From Nitrosopumilus sp. (GTDB lineage Archaea; Thermoproteota; Nitrososphaeria; Nitrososphaerales; Nitrosopumilaceae): a stretch of DNA of 64,000 nucleotides. Below the pieces are notes generated by a model. It was not told the origin of the DNA and ran no database searches. It worked only from the letters and a program-made list of their open reading frames with translations. The DNA is taken from positions 1,216,001 through 1,280,000 of the forward strand of contig OZ243974.1 in assembly GCA_965214775.1 (NCBI GenBank). The letters run 5' to 3'. Positions 1-10,395 of the stretch are shown here, piece after piece; the first letter of the stretch is position 1; each line of letters opens with the position of its first letter. Position numbers and translations under genes: made by a program.

Positions 1-130
1 CTTGCCTTGGCGATCCCCCCCGTGATGTCTGCATTTATCCTGTCTGAGTTCTCCTCGGGCAGGCAGCAGTGGGGATTTTCCTAAAGCGTCAGAGGCCGAG
101 CCGGATGACCGCAATGCAACACCGCAATCG

Positions 131-209
131 TCCCTGTTACTGGCAACAGTTGCCCACTAGCGGGAACTTTTCTTCCCTGTTACTGGCAACAGTTGCCCAC
201 TAGCGGGAA
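131..209. repeat. Exact 36-bp direct repeat (131-166, 174-209) separated by 7 bp; each copy imperfectly palindromic
   Basis: TCCCTGTTACTGGCAACAGTTGCCCACTAGCGGGAA occurs twice, with an internal dyad GGCAAC-A-GTTGCC and TCCC...GGGA ends. Confidence 0.95.
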
Positions 210-564
210 TCAGTAGAACGCCTGTGTCTGAAGACACGGCAAAACGCCACGTTTTGACGATCATCTGATCCAGAGCAGTGAGCAGGGCACAAAGATCCAT
301 GGGGAGCCAAACAAGAATGAGAAAAAAGATGGGGTATGTGCAATCGTCATTTGATCTCCGGCCTCGAGAGCGGATCAAAGCCGGGATCATCAAAGGGATT
401 GTCGTGTCTGGGCCTGGTGTCAGCACAATTTTGCCGCCAAGGTCGTGGAACCGTATGTGCTCGCCTGGTCTCAAACCCAGGCTTTGTACCATCACGGGCG
501 GAACGACCGCAAAAAATGAAGAGTTGTCCTTGATGCTGAGCCTTCACTCATGTATCTTTTCCAT
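157..564 (-). pseudogene. AbrB/MazE/SpoVT-family DNA-binding protein with an in-frame TGA
   Basis: From ATG 564: MEKIHE*RLSIKDNSSFFAVVPPVMVQSLGLRPGEHIRFHDLGGKIVLTP, a swapped-hairpin pattern; TGA at 546-544. Confidence 0.6.
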
Positions 565-1032
565 GCCATCAGCAAATACCGGAGATTCGTTTAAGACTGT
601 GGTGCCAATGGCGCCAAAAAACGGCGCCAAAGGTGCGTTTGGTACCTATCCCACAGGGGCCAAAGGCGCCAAAAAACGGCGCCAAAGGCCCCAATCTCTG
701 AGGGCCAGTAACGGACTTTCAACTCGCATTAATACACAAAACACGAAAAACGAGACCATGACGTCCGGGTCCCCTGACCCCGACAGTCCCATGGGACGAC
801 GGAGTCGTCCCAGACCCTAGAACCTACCTGGGTGAAGAACTTCCCCGGACTCCATCGAACCCGGCGACCGTCCCCGGATCGACGAGACAAAATCATACCT
901 ACGAACCTAGAATCATTACAGTCAGCCACAGATGACTGATCAGAACCTCATAATGGTGTCATGTCAGGAGGCAGTACCAGAATGTCAAAAACATGACGGG
1001 AATCAAGAACATGAAAAACAGAGCTTGTCAAT

Positions 1033-1142
1033 TCTGAGGGCACTGGCTATTTCCCTATCTATCCTGTCATATCATATCATACATCTCAGAATCCTTTGAA
1101 CCTTTTGATCATCAAAAACCTACAATTTTTAATCATTCATTG
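1033..1142. repeat. Conserved ~110-bp non-coding motif, copy 1
   Basis: Shares GCTATTTCCCTATCTATCCTGTCA, TTTGAAC and TTTTTAATCATTC blocks with 3988-4098. Confidence 0.85.
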
Positions 1143-1390
1143 ACTGCCATCGGATCAATCCGAGGAGATTGCCTTCCCGAGGACATGACGGGCCTTGTCG
1201 CCTGTGGCTACAGGATGCCCGACAGGCAGAGTCCGCAGCCCCGGATAAAGCCGTCCCGGGCATGTCAGGCACGGCATGACAAAGTGGGAAAACTTGGCTT
1301 AGCAGTGTCACGCGTGGTCAGGTAACCCAAAGGTCCGCGAGATTCTCGCCGGCCTTGAAAAAAAAGAAAGGCGGGGTGTAACGGCAGGCG

Positions 1391-1684
1391 TCATTTGATG
1401 TGCAGCTTTTTGAGCTTTTCTGCAGGCAGATCCGCCTCTTCCATCATCTCGTCCAGGACCCTGTCGTACTTGGTCTTGCTGCCTTTCTTTGAGGAAGTGC
1501 GCTGGGTCTGTATGGGGATCAGCTCCATCCGATCCTCAAAATTCACAAACTCGACGAGCTGGCCGCTTTCGATACCGTGGGCATCCACCATGCTCTTTGG
1601 GATGACGACGATGGTGCTGCTCCCGTATCTGTACGCCCTTCTGTACTGCTTTTTTTCTGTCATGCTCTTGAATCTGTTTTTCAT
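1391..1684 (-). CDS. AbrB/MazE/SpoVT-family DNA-binding protein
   Basis: RRAYRYGSSTIVVIPKSMVDAHGIESGQLVEF...MELIP fits the AbrB N-terminal motif. Confidence 0.8.
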   Translation of the reverse strand: MKNRFKSMTEKKQYRRAYRYGSSTIVVIPKSMVDAHGIESGQLVEFVNFEDRMELIPIQTQRTSSKKGSKTKYDRVLDEMMEEADLPAEKLKKLHIK

Positions 1685-2310
1685 TTAAAACCAGTCTAAT
1701 TTCATGATTCTTGCCATTTTCATAATTTTTGGTATCGTTGTTTTCACTACTCTCACTACTTTTCAAATCCATACTTTCACTACTCTCACTACTTTTCAAA
1801 TCCATACTTTCACTACTCTCACTACTTTTCAAATCCATACTTTCACTACTCTCACTACTTTTCAAATCCATACTTTCACTACTCTCACTACTTTTCAAAT
1901 CCATACTTTCACTACTCTCACTACTTTTCAAATCCATACTTTCACTACTCTCACTACTTTTCAAATCCATACTTTCACTACTCTCACTACTTTTCAAATC
2001 CATACTTTCACTACTCTCACTACTTTTCAAATCCATACTTTCACTACTCTCACTACTTTTCAAATCCATACTTTCACTACTCTCACTACTTTTCAAATCC
2101 ATACTTTCACTACTCTCACTACTTTTCAAATCCATACTTTCACTACTCTCACTACTTTTCAAATCCATACTTTCACTACTCTCACTACTTTTCAAATCCA
2201 TACTTTCACTACTCTCACTACTTTTCAAATCCATACTTTCACTACTCTCACTACTTTTCAAATCCATACTTTCACTACTCTCACTACTTTTCAAATCCAT
2301 ACTTTCACTA

Positions 2311-3416
2311 TAGCAACGGTCATAAGTAATTGAGGGCTTTGACCGGCGATCTGTAAATGTACTTGTACATGCTAAGGTGGGCAAACGACACCGTCCTGTA
2401 ATATTCGGATATGGCATGCCGTAGCTCGCTGATTTTCCTGTACACTATCCCCCTGAAAACAAAATGCTTGCCCAAGTTCCAGCATTCTTCCACGATATTG
2501 AGGTACGGCGATCCTTTCGGGATCATTATCAGTTTGACATAGGGATGGTCGACCAGATATTCTGCGACATCAGTAGATCTGTGCACACTCCACCTGTCGC
2601 AAAAGACGGCAACCTTACCAAACTTGGCGCGCAGCGCCTCCAGACATTCTATGAACTGCACCGACGTAAAGGATCCCGTAAACGTCCTGAACAACCTTCT
2701 GCCGTCTTCTGCGATGCTTCCAAACACGGCCACCTTTGTGTGGTCTCCAGAGTACGATGCCACGCTTCTGGTGCCGACCGGACCCCACACGTATCTGTCA
2801 TATGCGCCCTGCACGAAGAACGCCTCATCAGATGACACCAGCGTAAAACCGTCGTTTTTCAGGCACGGAATACGCACGTTTTCAAGATACCACTGCCACG
2901 AGTATACCGAGCTTGGGGTGGCATGGTTGACATGTATGTTTTGCACCTTGCGGCGCGACAGGCCATGCTGGCGCATCATTCTCCGGACATGCTCTATGCT
3001 GTATTGTGTCCCGGTGGCATCCCTTATGTCATCGCGTACCGTCATGACATCGGTACTTTTGCATGCAGTAGACAGATCCATTATGGCTGCAATACTTTTC
3101 CTGTCCACCTTTGGCCTGCATCCGGAACGGGGAAGATCCCGGAGACCGTCTATGCCGCCCTCCGAAAACCTCGCCAGCCAGTTACGCACGGAATTCTCAC
3201 TGCACCGGATCTTTCTTGCAGTCTCGGGTACGCCCATGTCGTCTTCTAGCACAAACATCAGCGCCATGATCTTCTTGTAGACTTTGGCATCCTTTTCTTT
3301 GCGCATGGCCTCTGACAGGATGTCTGTTTCTTTTGCCATACATACTGCGCCAGTTACGTGATCATTATACTTTTCGAATGACCTTGTTTTGGCTCAAAGA
3401 CTTATGCTCGTTGCTA
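2311..3416 (-). mobile_element. IS630-family insertion sequence, complete
   Basis: IRs TAGCAACGGTCATAAGT / TAGCAACGAGCATAAGT; TA duplication at 2309-2310 and 3417-3418; removal restores the repeat unit. Confidence 0.93.
2320..3339 (-). CDS. IS630-family transposase
   Basis: N-terminal HTH (CSENSVRNWLARF...LRDLPRSG) and DDE motifs SSDE, FCDRWSVH, SPYLNIVEECW. Confidence 0.92.
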   Translation of the reverse strand: MAKETDILSEAMRKEKDAKVYKKIMALMFVLEDDMGVPETARKIRCSENSVRNWLARFSEGGIDGLRDLPRSGCRPKVDRKSIAAIMDLSTACKSTDVMTVRDDIRDATGTQYSIEHVRRMMRQHGLSRRKVQNIHVNHATPSSVYSWQWYLENVRIPCLKNDGFTLVSSDEAFFVQGAYDRYVWGPVGTRSVASYSGDHTKVAVFGSIAEDGRRLFRTFTGSFTSVQFIECLEALRAKFGKVAVFCDRWSVHRSTDVAEYLVDHPYVKLIMIPKGSPYLNIVEECWNLGKHFVFRGIVYRKISELRHAISEYYRTVSFAHLSMYKYIYRSPVKALNYL

Positions 3417-3987
3417 TACTCTCACTACTTTTCAAATCCATACTTTCACTACTCTCACTACTTTTCAAATCCATACTTTCACTACTCTCACTACTTTTCA
3501 AATCCATACTTTCACTACTCTCACTACTTTTCAAATCCATACTTTCACTACTCTCACTACTTTTCAAATCCATACTTTCACTACTCTCACTACTTTTCAA
3601 ATCCATACTTTCACTACTCTCACTACTTTTCAAATCCATACTTTCACTACTCTCACTACTTTTCAAATCCATACTTTCACTACTCTCACTACTTTTCAAA
3701 TCCATACTTTCACTATTTTTTGCCCTATGGTTTCCACTCCCACACGCATCAAACCTCTCGCATTACACCACACAGTCACAAAAAACGAGACCAAAGCACA
3801 CCGAATCATTCCGACGGAACGGTCTCCCCACGGGAGCCCTTAGCATCCCCTCCTTGATCTGGGACATATTCATCGTCCCAGAAACTCTACGACAATTGAG
3901 GGAGTCCTCCCCTCAAACTCCTCAACACACCGGTGACTCAAATTATCAGGAATCATGACAGGAGTCAAATGACATAACACAAGAATG

Positions 3988-4098
3988 TCTGAGGGTATTA
4001 GCTATTTCCCTATCTATCCTGTCACGATATACAGTACGTCTCGGAATCTTTTGAACTTTTTGCCCCTCAAGATTCATGATATTTTTAATCATTCTTTG
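3988..4098. repeat. Conserved ~110-bp non-coding motif, copy 2
   Basis: Direct-orientation homologue of 1033-1142. Confidence 0.85.
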
Positions 4099-4631
4099 GT
4101 TATCGTCAGATCATTTGAGAATATTATCCTCTAGGTTCCGTAATATGACATTGATCGACACAATCATGGTTTTTTCTGATGATAACTGGCGATATTGTAT
4201 CATGTCGGTTTGTCTTGGATTCGAGAAAAAAATAGCTCATCCGTTCCAGATGTCTCTTCTCCCCATCCTTGAGTTTAAGACACGCCAAGACTTTTGCTGT
4301 AATCGCCGCCCTCATTTTGATTATCCACCTTCATATCTAAAAGCCGTTTCCGGAGCCAAATTTTTTGATTTGGAGTCATGAAAAAATAATCCGACTCTCA
4401 GTAACCTTGTCATGTTTTCTGATGGTATCTTTTGCCTCAGAATGATTCCTGGAATTTTTTGGATTTTCATTATTTTTCACGCACGGATATGCCTTCCGAG
4501 CTATGGAAAAAAGTGCAAGATGCCCGCCGGATTCAGGACGCCTGAAAAGGGAGGCAAATCTGTTGAAAGTAATGGTGCATGGCAGGCAGTGCCAATACAG
4601 CGTGTTTGGTTTGAGACAGGCCTGACACCGA

Positions 4632-4735
4632 GACTGTCGTCTAATTCATAAGAATTGCTGAAAATCATACGGTGTCGTCTGGACTAGACGTGCAAAGGGA
4701 GTGGAAATTCGGAGAAATGTGCAGGTTGAGTCAAG
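4632..4735. mobile_element. Partial MITE of the GGGGTTGTCGCCTAATTC family
   Basis: Similar to 15602-15705 and to the reverse complement of 26653-26782. Confidence 0.65.
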
Positions 4736-4869
4736 CAAGGGGAACTACGTGACGACCCCCCCCCTCCACTGCGACGGGTTCATCGGGTTCTGCAACGAGT
4801 GCAGGACGTATTATTCGCTGGATATTGGGTGCGCCGGGATGCCCACGACGGCGCAGAGCCGGGATGCCG

Positions 4870-4950
4870 CAGATGCGATCAGGAAAAATGGCCCAAAATG
4901 GACGGAGATGGACACCAATGACTAGCGAGCATGATTTTCATATAACACAA
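4870..4950 (+). mobile_element. IS481 3'-end remnant (solo right end)
   Basis: Encodes DAIRKNGPKWTEMDTND, like the IS481 C-termini elsewhere in the window, then TTTTCATATAACACA. Confidence 0.7.
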
Positions 4951-5025
4951 TGTCTGGCCAGCAAGAGCGTAATCTCACACACTACGCGGCGGCAGCCTTT
5001 TTAACTACATGCCTGTAGAGCTGCC

Positions 5026-5964
5026 ATGATTAGACGCTTTTCCGTAGGACTCTTTCTTGTTCTGGCTGTAGTGGCCCTTACTGCCACCGCGCACGCAGAG
5101 GTGCCGCCCCCACTAAAGCAGCTTGCGGCAGGCGTCTCTCCAGAGGACATCCGGTGCAACCACGACAGGATCCTTGTGATGCGTGACGGCGGCTCCCCTG
5201 CGTGTGTGTATGCCGAGACGGCGCAAAAAAAGGACTGGCGTACGGTAAACACAGCAAGCACGGCACCGTCAGCTACCGATTACGGCGAAGTCCACGAGGC
5301 CGTCATAAACTCGATTCGGATGGGGGATGTAGGGGAGCCGGTAATCCTCAACGTGACCATGATCAACCACACCCCGGATGGTTCGTGGTCCTCCCATGGG
5401 GAGTTCGTCGACAAGAACTTTTCGCTGAGAATAGGGGTGCCGGACTCTTTTGAGGTGGACGAGTCCCAGGAATACTTTGGAGGAATGAGGGGTGTAGACT
5501 CGTGGCCTCCAAATTATGTGGTATATTTCGGGATCGACGAGAGCGCCGACAGGCTTGACATGGAAAACCTGACATTCATCCCCACCGAGGCCGGCACATA
5601 CTGGATGAACATACAAAACAAGACTGCGACTGATAGGGTCGGGCACTACTACATATGGTTTGCAATCGACGAGTCGGGCTCGTACTGGTCATACGACGAA
5701 CCCCCGAAGCCGGCGGCCCCTCCTGAGCCCCCTACCCCAAAGAGGGACTCGCCCACCATGACTGCCGTGCAGCTTACAGACTCCGAGGTAAGGGAGTTTC
5801 TGCAAAAGCTGTCCGCAAGACACGGCACGGAGGTCACCCTTGACAATGTGCCGCAGTACATCTCCGAGGACGACGACGTCTACCTTATGAAGAGCGCCGA
5901 GAAGGTAAACGACAGGTGGGAGGATATACTGCTGTTCTTCAGGGACGTGCCATATCGTGGATAG
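5026..5964 (+). CDS. Secreted hypothetical protein with thaumarchaeal PPLKQ...C...SPAC N-terminal module
   Basis: Signal peptide followed by PPLKQLAAGVSPEDIRC...GSPACV. Confidence 0.8.
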   Translation: MIRRFSVGLFLVLAVVALTATAHAEVPPPLKQLAAGVSPEDIRCNHDRILVMRDGGSPACVYAETAQKKDWRTVNTASTAPSATDYGEVHEAVINSIRMGDVGEPVILNVTMINHTPDGSWSSHGEFVDKNFSLRIGVPDSFEVDESQEYFGGMRGVDSWPPNYVVYFGIDESADRLDMENLTFIPTEAGTYWMNIQNKTATDRVGHYYIWFAIDESGSYWSYDEPPKPAAPPEPPTPKRDSPTMTAVQLTDSEVREFLQKLSARHGTEVTLDNVPQYISEDDDVYLMKSAEKVNDRWEDILLFFRDVPYRG

Positions 5965-8900
5965 GTGGCCGGGTTTCTTCGCCATCCTGCTGGCAGTTCC
6001 TCTTGGCGGCCACGCCCTTGCAACCGACACGTTTGACACAATGGGCCTTGTGAACATAGAAGATGTCAGGGGGGACGGATATTCATACACCGAGCTCATC
6101 TTTGACGCCCAAGTGTGCCTCAAGATATTCGGAAGCTCCTCTTACCTGCAGTTTGCAGGCGAAAACAGAGACGCCTGCACGCACATAACCGGCAGCAGCT
6201 GGTACTCCCTGTCCGACGTCGAGCTGCCAGACAACCCCACAAGGGTGCAGTATGTTCTAGTGACAAACGGGGAGCAGATGGACGTTCGGGACAGCAACAA
6301 CGACTACCACAAGATCGCCGATCCAGTCACGGAACTAATCTATTCCGGCTATAGACTCAATCACAACATAGTGGTGCCCTCTGAACCGAGCAATGCGCTG
6401 TGGCTTTATCATGACTGGATGACCTTCACCAGATTTGTCGAAAGTGAGTTTGGCAAGACGATGGATCTTGGTTTGACCGTCATGTATGAAGAGGGCGAGT
6501 TTCCTGGAAGCAACTACAAAGGTAGAAACAGGGTAGTCACTCTTCAGGGTGAAGGACTACATGAACCTCATGATAATGCCATTGATGACCAATGGATAGT
6601 ACTACATGAATTCTCTCACCATCTGATGAACGAGGCATACGATGATCACTTTTCAACCTACAAAAGTTATCCTCATGCCTGCGTCGATGAAAACTCGCAG
6701 ACCATTGACCATTACATCCACAAGGCAAGCAACGGCAAATGCGCGTTTTCAGAGGGATTCGCCAACATGATGCCTCATCTAATCCTGGATGAAACCGTAA
6801 TAGAAGTAAAAACCTCCGACTATACGTTTGACATAGAAACCCCGGAATATATGGAAGGCAACGTGGTGATGGACATCGCGGAGGGCGTCGCTGTAGAAGG
6901 CAGGGTGGCTGCCGCCTTTTTTGATCTGCTGGATCTGGGAAACGGCAACGACGAGCGCGTTACGGAGGACAAGGGCGACTTTTGGGAGGTCACCGAAGTC
7001 TTCCAGCTAGGCATCGCGCCCGTTGTCGGCGACTTTTATGAGAACTGGAAGGATCGGCACGGATACGACAGTAGGCTGGACAGTATCTACGAGCTAAACA
7101 CGTTGTCTGCCGTCCTGAGAAGCAGAGACGTGATCGAGGTAGAGGATCCGGTCGTCTCACCCTCCGGCATCGTCCTGAGTTGGGACGCGCCCGCTACCGG
7201 CCCTCCACCTGAGTTTTACGAGATCCTGAGATCCTCGTCACCGTTCGTGTCCATTGCAAACGTCACCTCCACCACATACGTGGACGGCGACGTCCTGCCG
7301 TCGACCACCTACCGGTACCAGATCATCCCCCACTCCAACTACGGGCCAGGCACGCCTTCGCTGGCCGTCAATGCAACCACGGCCGACACAGTGTCACTGG
7401 CAATAACCGCGCCGCCGGACGTTACGGTGGAGGCCACAGGAGTCCTGAGCACCGTCAGTATAGGGACTGCCACGATAACCGGTGGTCAGGATCCTGGTAC
7501 GACGATAACAAACGATGCCCCCGTCTCTGGGTTCCCGGTAGGCAACACCACGGTAACGTGGACCGTGACTGACACCTTGAACATGACGGCCACCGACATC
7601 CAGACAGTGACGATACGGGACACGGCGCCGCCCCGGATCGCCGTACCGGCAGACATCACGACCGAGGCTTCTGGTGTGCTGACTATGGTATCCATCGGAC
7701 AGGCCACTGCCACCGACATTGCGGATCCGGATCCGGCAGTAACAAACGACGCACCGGAATCGTTCCCGCTCGGCGATACGGTAATCACATGGACTGCCAT
7801 TGATTCCTCCGGCAACGCGGCCACTGACATCCAGACTGTTACGATACAGGACACGACACTGCCGAGCATAACCGCACCGCCAGATGTCACAACCGAGGCT
7901 TCCGGCGTACTGACTGTAACATCCATAGGGCAGGCCACCGCCATCGACACTGCAGATCCCGACCCGGCAATCACAAACGACGCCCCCGAGTCGTTCCCGC
8001 TCGGCGATACAGTAATCACATGGACTGCCACTGATTCTTCCGGCAATGCTGCCACGGCCACACAGACCGTGACGATACAGGACACCACGCCGCCGAGCAT
8101 CACCGCACCTGCAAACCATACGGCCGAGGCAGCCGGCATCATGACGATCCTGAATGTCGGCGACTATGGGACTCCCACCGTATCTGACATTGCCGATCCC
8201 AGTCCCACAATCACAAACGACGCACCAGAGTCGTTCCCGCTCGGCAACACCACGGTAACGTGGACTGCCGCCGATTCCTCTGGCAACGAGGCGACGGCCG
8301 CCCAGACTGTTACAATACAGGACACCACGCCGCCTGCCATCTCCGGCCTGCGCAATATATCCGTGGATGATCCGGCGGGCCGTGGAATGGAAGTCAGCTA
8401 CGATGCGCCGACTGCCGCCGACCTCGTGGACGGGGTCGTGGCAGTATCATGCACGCACGAGTCCGGATCGACGTTTGCGCCCGGATTCACCGAGGTGTCA
8501 TGCACGGCGACAGACGGCTCTGCAAACTCGCAGAGGGACTGGTTTATCATACACGTGGACGCCTCAGACGCCATCCTGGACGTCTTCCAGACCGTGAGCA
8601 CGGGCCGGTCCACGTGGAGTGTTACGGGCCCGGACAGGGTATTCGCGGGGCAGACCTTCGAGTATACGGTAACCCTCGAGGACGGGGCGAGGCCGAGGCT
8701 GGAGTCGCTTGCCGTGTACAGCACGGCGCCGGAACGGGACCTCGGATGGTACGATCCCGATACGGACTGTCAGACCGTGATATGCGCGGGGTTTCCCGAA
8801 CAAAAGCACGACACGTACAAGATAGCCAGTGACGAGGACTCGCCGTATACTGCCATGCACAACAAGATGAAAAAGTCCAGATCCAGCCATACCATACTGC

Positions 8901-10105
8901 TGCAGCCGGCAGCCGACGCGCCGGCGGGCACACAGGCCACAGTCGGCATGATGGACGGTAACAACAACCAGGTGGGAGGCATACCCGTGACGGTGCTGCC
9001 GCCGTCCGCAAAGACGATAACGGGCGAGCGCGCCACCTGGAGGATCACGGGCCCCGACAGGATATTTCCGGGACAAACCTTCGAGTATACGGTAACCCTT
9101 GATGGCACAAGGCACCAGCACGACGCCCTTGCAATATACAGCAGCTCGCTTACAGTGGACGACTTTGGGGGACTCGCGGATGACTCTGCATGCGGCACGA
9201 CCGTATGCACGGACTTTCCGGGGCAGCGGCGCCGCACGATGGAGCTTGACAACCACGCAGGCTCGGTATACGACGTGAGGTATCACACGATCAACGCGCC
9301 CGGCTCCCAGTATACGATACTGCTGAGGACGGCCGACGACGCGGAGGCGGGAGGCACGTTCAGGGTCGGCCTGGTGGACGGGGACGGAAGTCCGATGGGC
9401 AGCATACGGGTTACGATCGCCGATCCCGTGGCCGTAACGGCCCCATATGAGGAGCTCGTGGCAGGCCTGTCCTTTGAGGGCAGCCTGGCCGATATCACGG
9501 GGGACAACAACGGTACGGCTGCAGGGGATGTCACGTACGTGCCTGGCAGGATAGGCAGGGGGCTGCAGCTTGACGGCTCTACGAACGTCACCCTTGCAGG
9601 GGAGGCCGACTTTGACTTTGGGCGGACCGACCCGTTCAGCATTGCGTTCTGGCTCAGGCAGGACGTGCCCGTCAACAACAGCACCATGATAATGTCCAAG
9701 GTAGAGTCGTTCGGTCATACCGGCTCGTACGTGTGGATATGGGGAGGGGCGCCCAACAGGATCCTGCTTTCGATACACGACAACTCCACGTTCATAAACG
9801 TGCACACCCCCAACCACCTGAACATGTCAGACGGTGCATGGCACCATATCGCATTCACGTACGACGGCTCGGGTGTAAAGGAGGGCCTGAACGCGTATAT
9901 CGACGGCGAGCACCGGGACTATGACGGCTACCGTAGGGGCCTAGGACTGGAAGGCAATACAACAAACGACCATGCGTTTACGGTGAGAACCACCAGCTGG
10001 GGGGACCCCGACAGGATCGACTCGGTGCTCGACGAGTTGCGCGTGTATGGCGCCGAGCTGTCGGCCTGGCAGATGCGGTTGCTGCATGCGGCAGGCCTCG
10101 ACTAG
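5957..10105 (+). CDS. Large exoprotein: zinc-metallopeptidase-like domain, FN3, HYR-like repeats, duplicated unknown domain, C-terminal LamG
   Basis: Signal peptide; VLHEFSHH...FSEGFA; repeated TNDAPESFPLGDTVITWTA units; FSIAFW...WHHIAFTYDG...LDELRVY. Confidence 0.88.
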   Translation: MDRWPGFFAILLAVPLGGHALATDTFDTMGLVNIEDVRGDGYSYTELIFDAQVCLKIFGSSSYLQFAGENRDACTHITGSSWYSLSDVELPDNPTRVQYVLVTNGEQMDVRDSNNDYHKIADPVTELIYSGYRLNHNIVVPSEPSNALWLYHDWMTFTRFVESEFGKTMDLGLTVMYEEGEFPGSNYKGRNRVVTLQGEGLHEPHDNAIDDQWIVLHEFSHHLMNEAYDDHFSTYKSYPHACVDENSQTIDHYIHKASNGKCAFSEGFANMMPHLILDETVIEVKTSDYTFDIETPEYMEGNVVMDIAEGVAVEGRVAAAFFDLLDLGNGNDERVTEDKGDFWEVTEVFQLGIAPVVGDFYENWKDRHGYDSRLDSIYELNTLSAVLRSRDVIEVEDPVVSPSGIVLSWDAPATGPPPEFYEILRSSSPFVSIANVTSTTYVDGDVLPSTTYRYQIIPHSNYGPGTPSLAVNATTADTVSLAITAPPDVTVEATGVLSTVSIGTATITGGQDPGTTITNDAPVSGFPVGNTTVTWTVTDTLNMTATDIQTVTIRDTAPPRIAVPADITTEASGVLTMVSIGQATATDIADPDPAVTNDAPESFPLGDTVITWTAIDSSGNAATDIQTVTIQDTTLPSITAPPDVTTEASGVLTVTSIGQATAIDTADPDPAITNDAPESFPLGDTVITWTATDSSGNAATATQTVTIQDTTPPSITAPANHTAEAAGIMTILNVGDYGTPTVSDIADPSPTITNDAPESFPLGNTTVTWTAADSSGNEATAAQTVTIQDTTPPAISGLRNISVDDPAGRGMEVSYDAPTAADLVDGVVAVSCTHESGSTFAPGFTEVSCTATDGSANSQRDWFIIHVDASDAILDVFQTVSTGRSTWSVTGPDRVFAGQTFEYTVTLEDGARPRLESLAVYSTAPERDLGWYDPDTDCQTVICAGFPEQKHDTYKIASDEDSPYTAMHNKMKKSRSSHTILLQPAADAPAGTQATVGMMDGNNNQVGGIPVTVLPPSAKTITGERATWRITGPDRIFPGQTFEYTVTLDGTRHQHDALAIYSSSLTVDDFGGLADDSACGTTVCTDFPGQRRRTMELDNHAGSVYDVRYHTINAPGSQYTILLRTADDAEAGGTFRVGLVDGDGSPMGSIRVTIADPVAVTAPYEELVAGLSFEGSLADITGDNNGTAAGDVTYVPGRIGRGLQLDGSTNVTLAGEADFDFGRTDPFSIAFWLRQDVPVNNSTMIMSKVESFGHTGSYVWIWGGAPNRILLSIHDNSTFINVHTPNHLNMSDGAWHHIAFTYDGSGVKEGLNAYIDGEHRDYDGYRRGLGLEGNTTNDHAFTVRTTSWGDPDRIDSVLDELRVYGAELSAWQMRLLHAAGLD

Positions 10106-10395
10106 CCTGTGCGATCGCGGCGAGCCAAGCCTGCGGCAAGAGATTGCACTGGCCAGCAAGGATTCTCGAGGTACTTCATGATCAGACACCTCTGCAAACG
10201 GTCGATGACATTCAGGAGTTTGTGATTGCAGGTATACCACACAGACGGCACTGCCTGCCGGGGCCTTTGCTGCCGCGCATTCCGCGCGGTATCTTCTGGA
10301 TGGGGTAAGACTCTTACCTCCTATCGTGTATTGCTGCACAATACCTAAATCAGGCGTGTAAAACTCAATTGTTGGAACGTAAAAAAGATCCAATA

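Larger units (their letters stand above)
1742..3714. repeat. 33-bp tandem array (about 17 + 9 perfect units) split by an IS630 insertion
   Basis: Unit TACTCTCACTACTTTTCAAATCCATACTTTCAC has no G on the + strand; the one open minus frame reads (MDLKSSESSES)n. Confidence 0.97.

Noticed and set aside
544-546. In-frame TGA as selenocysteine recoding
   Set aside because: The position corresponds to a basic residue in AbrB proteins (probably CGA to TGA) and no supporting machinery is visible.
601-688. 33-bp imperfect duplication with a 22-bp gap as another spacer-type scar
   Set aside because: Period 55 and internal sub-repeats fit ordinary slippage better.
278-820. 180-aa plus-strand ORF
   Set aside because: Antisense to the AbrB-like pseudogene and repeats; no protein features.
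1742-3714. 33-bp array as a CRISPR array, or as plus-strand membrane or aromatic-rich proteins
   Set aside because: Units are contiguous with no spacers; plus-strand frames are open only because the unit contains no stop codon.
7390-8340. HYR-like internal repeats as a diversity-generating retroelement template/variable pair
   Set aside because: Differences are spread over codon positions rather than adenine-specific, and no reverse transcriptase is present.
7394-9817. Long antisense ORFs over the exoprotein, and similar ones over GT-LamG and transposase genes
   Set aside because: Shadow ORFs of GC-rich coding sequence with no recognisable motifs.
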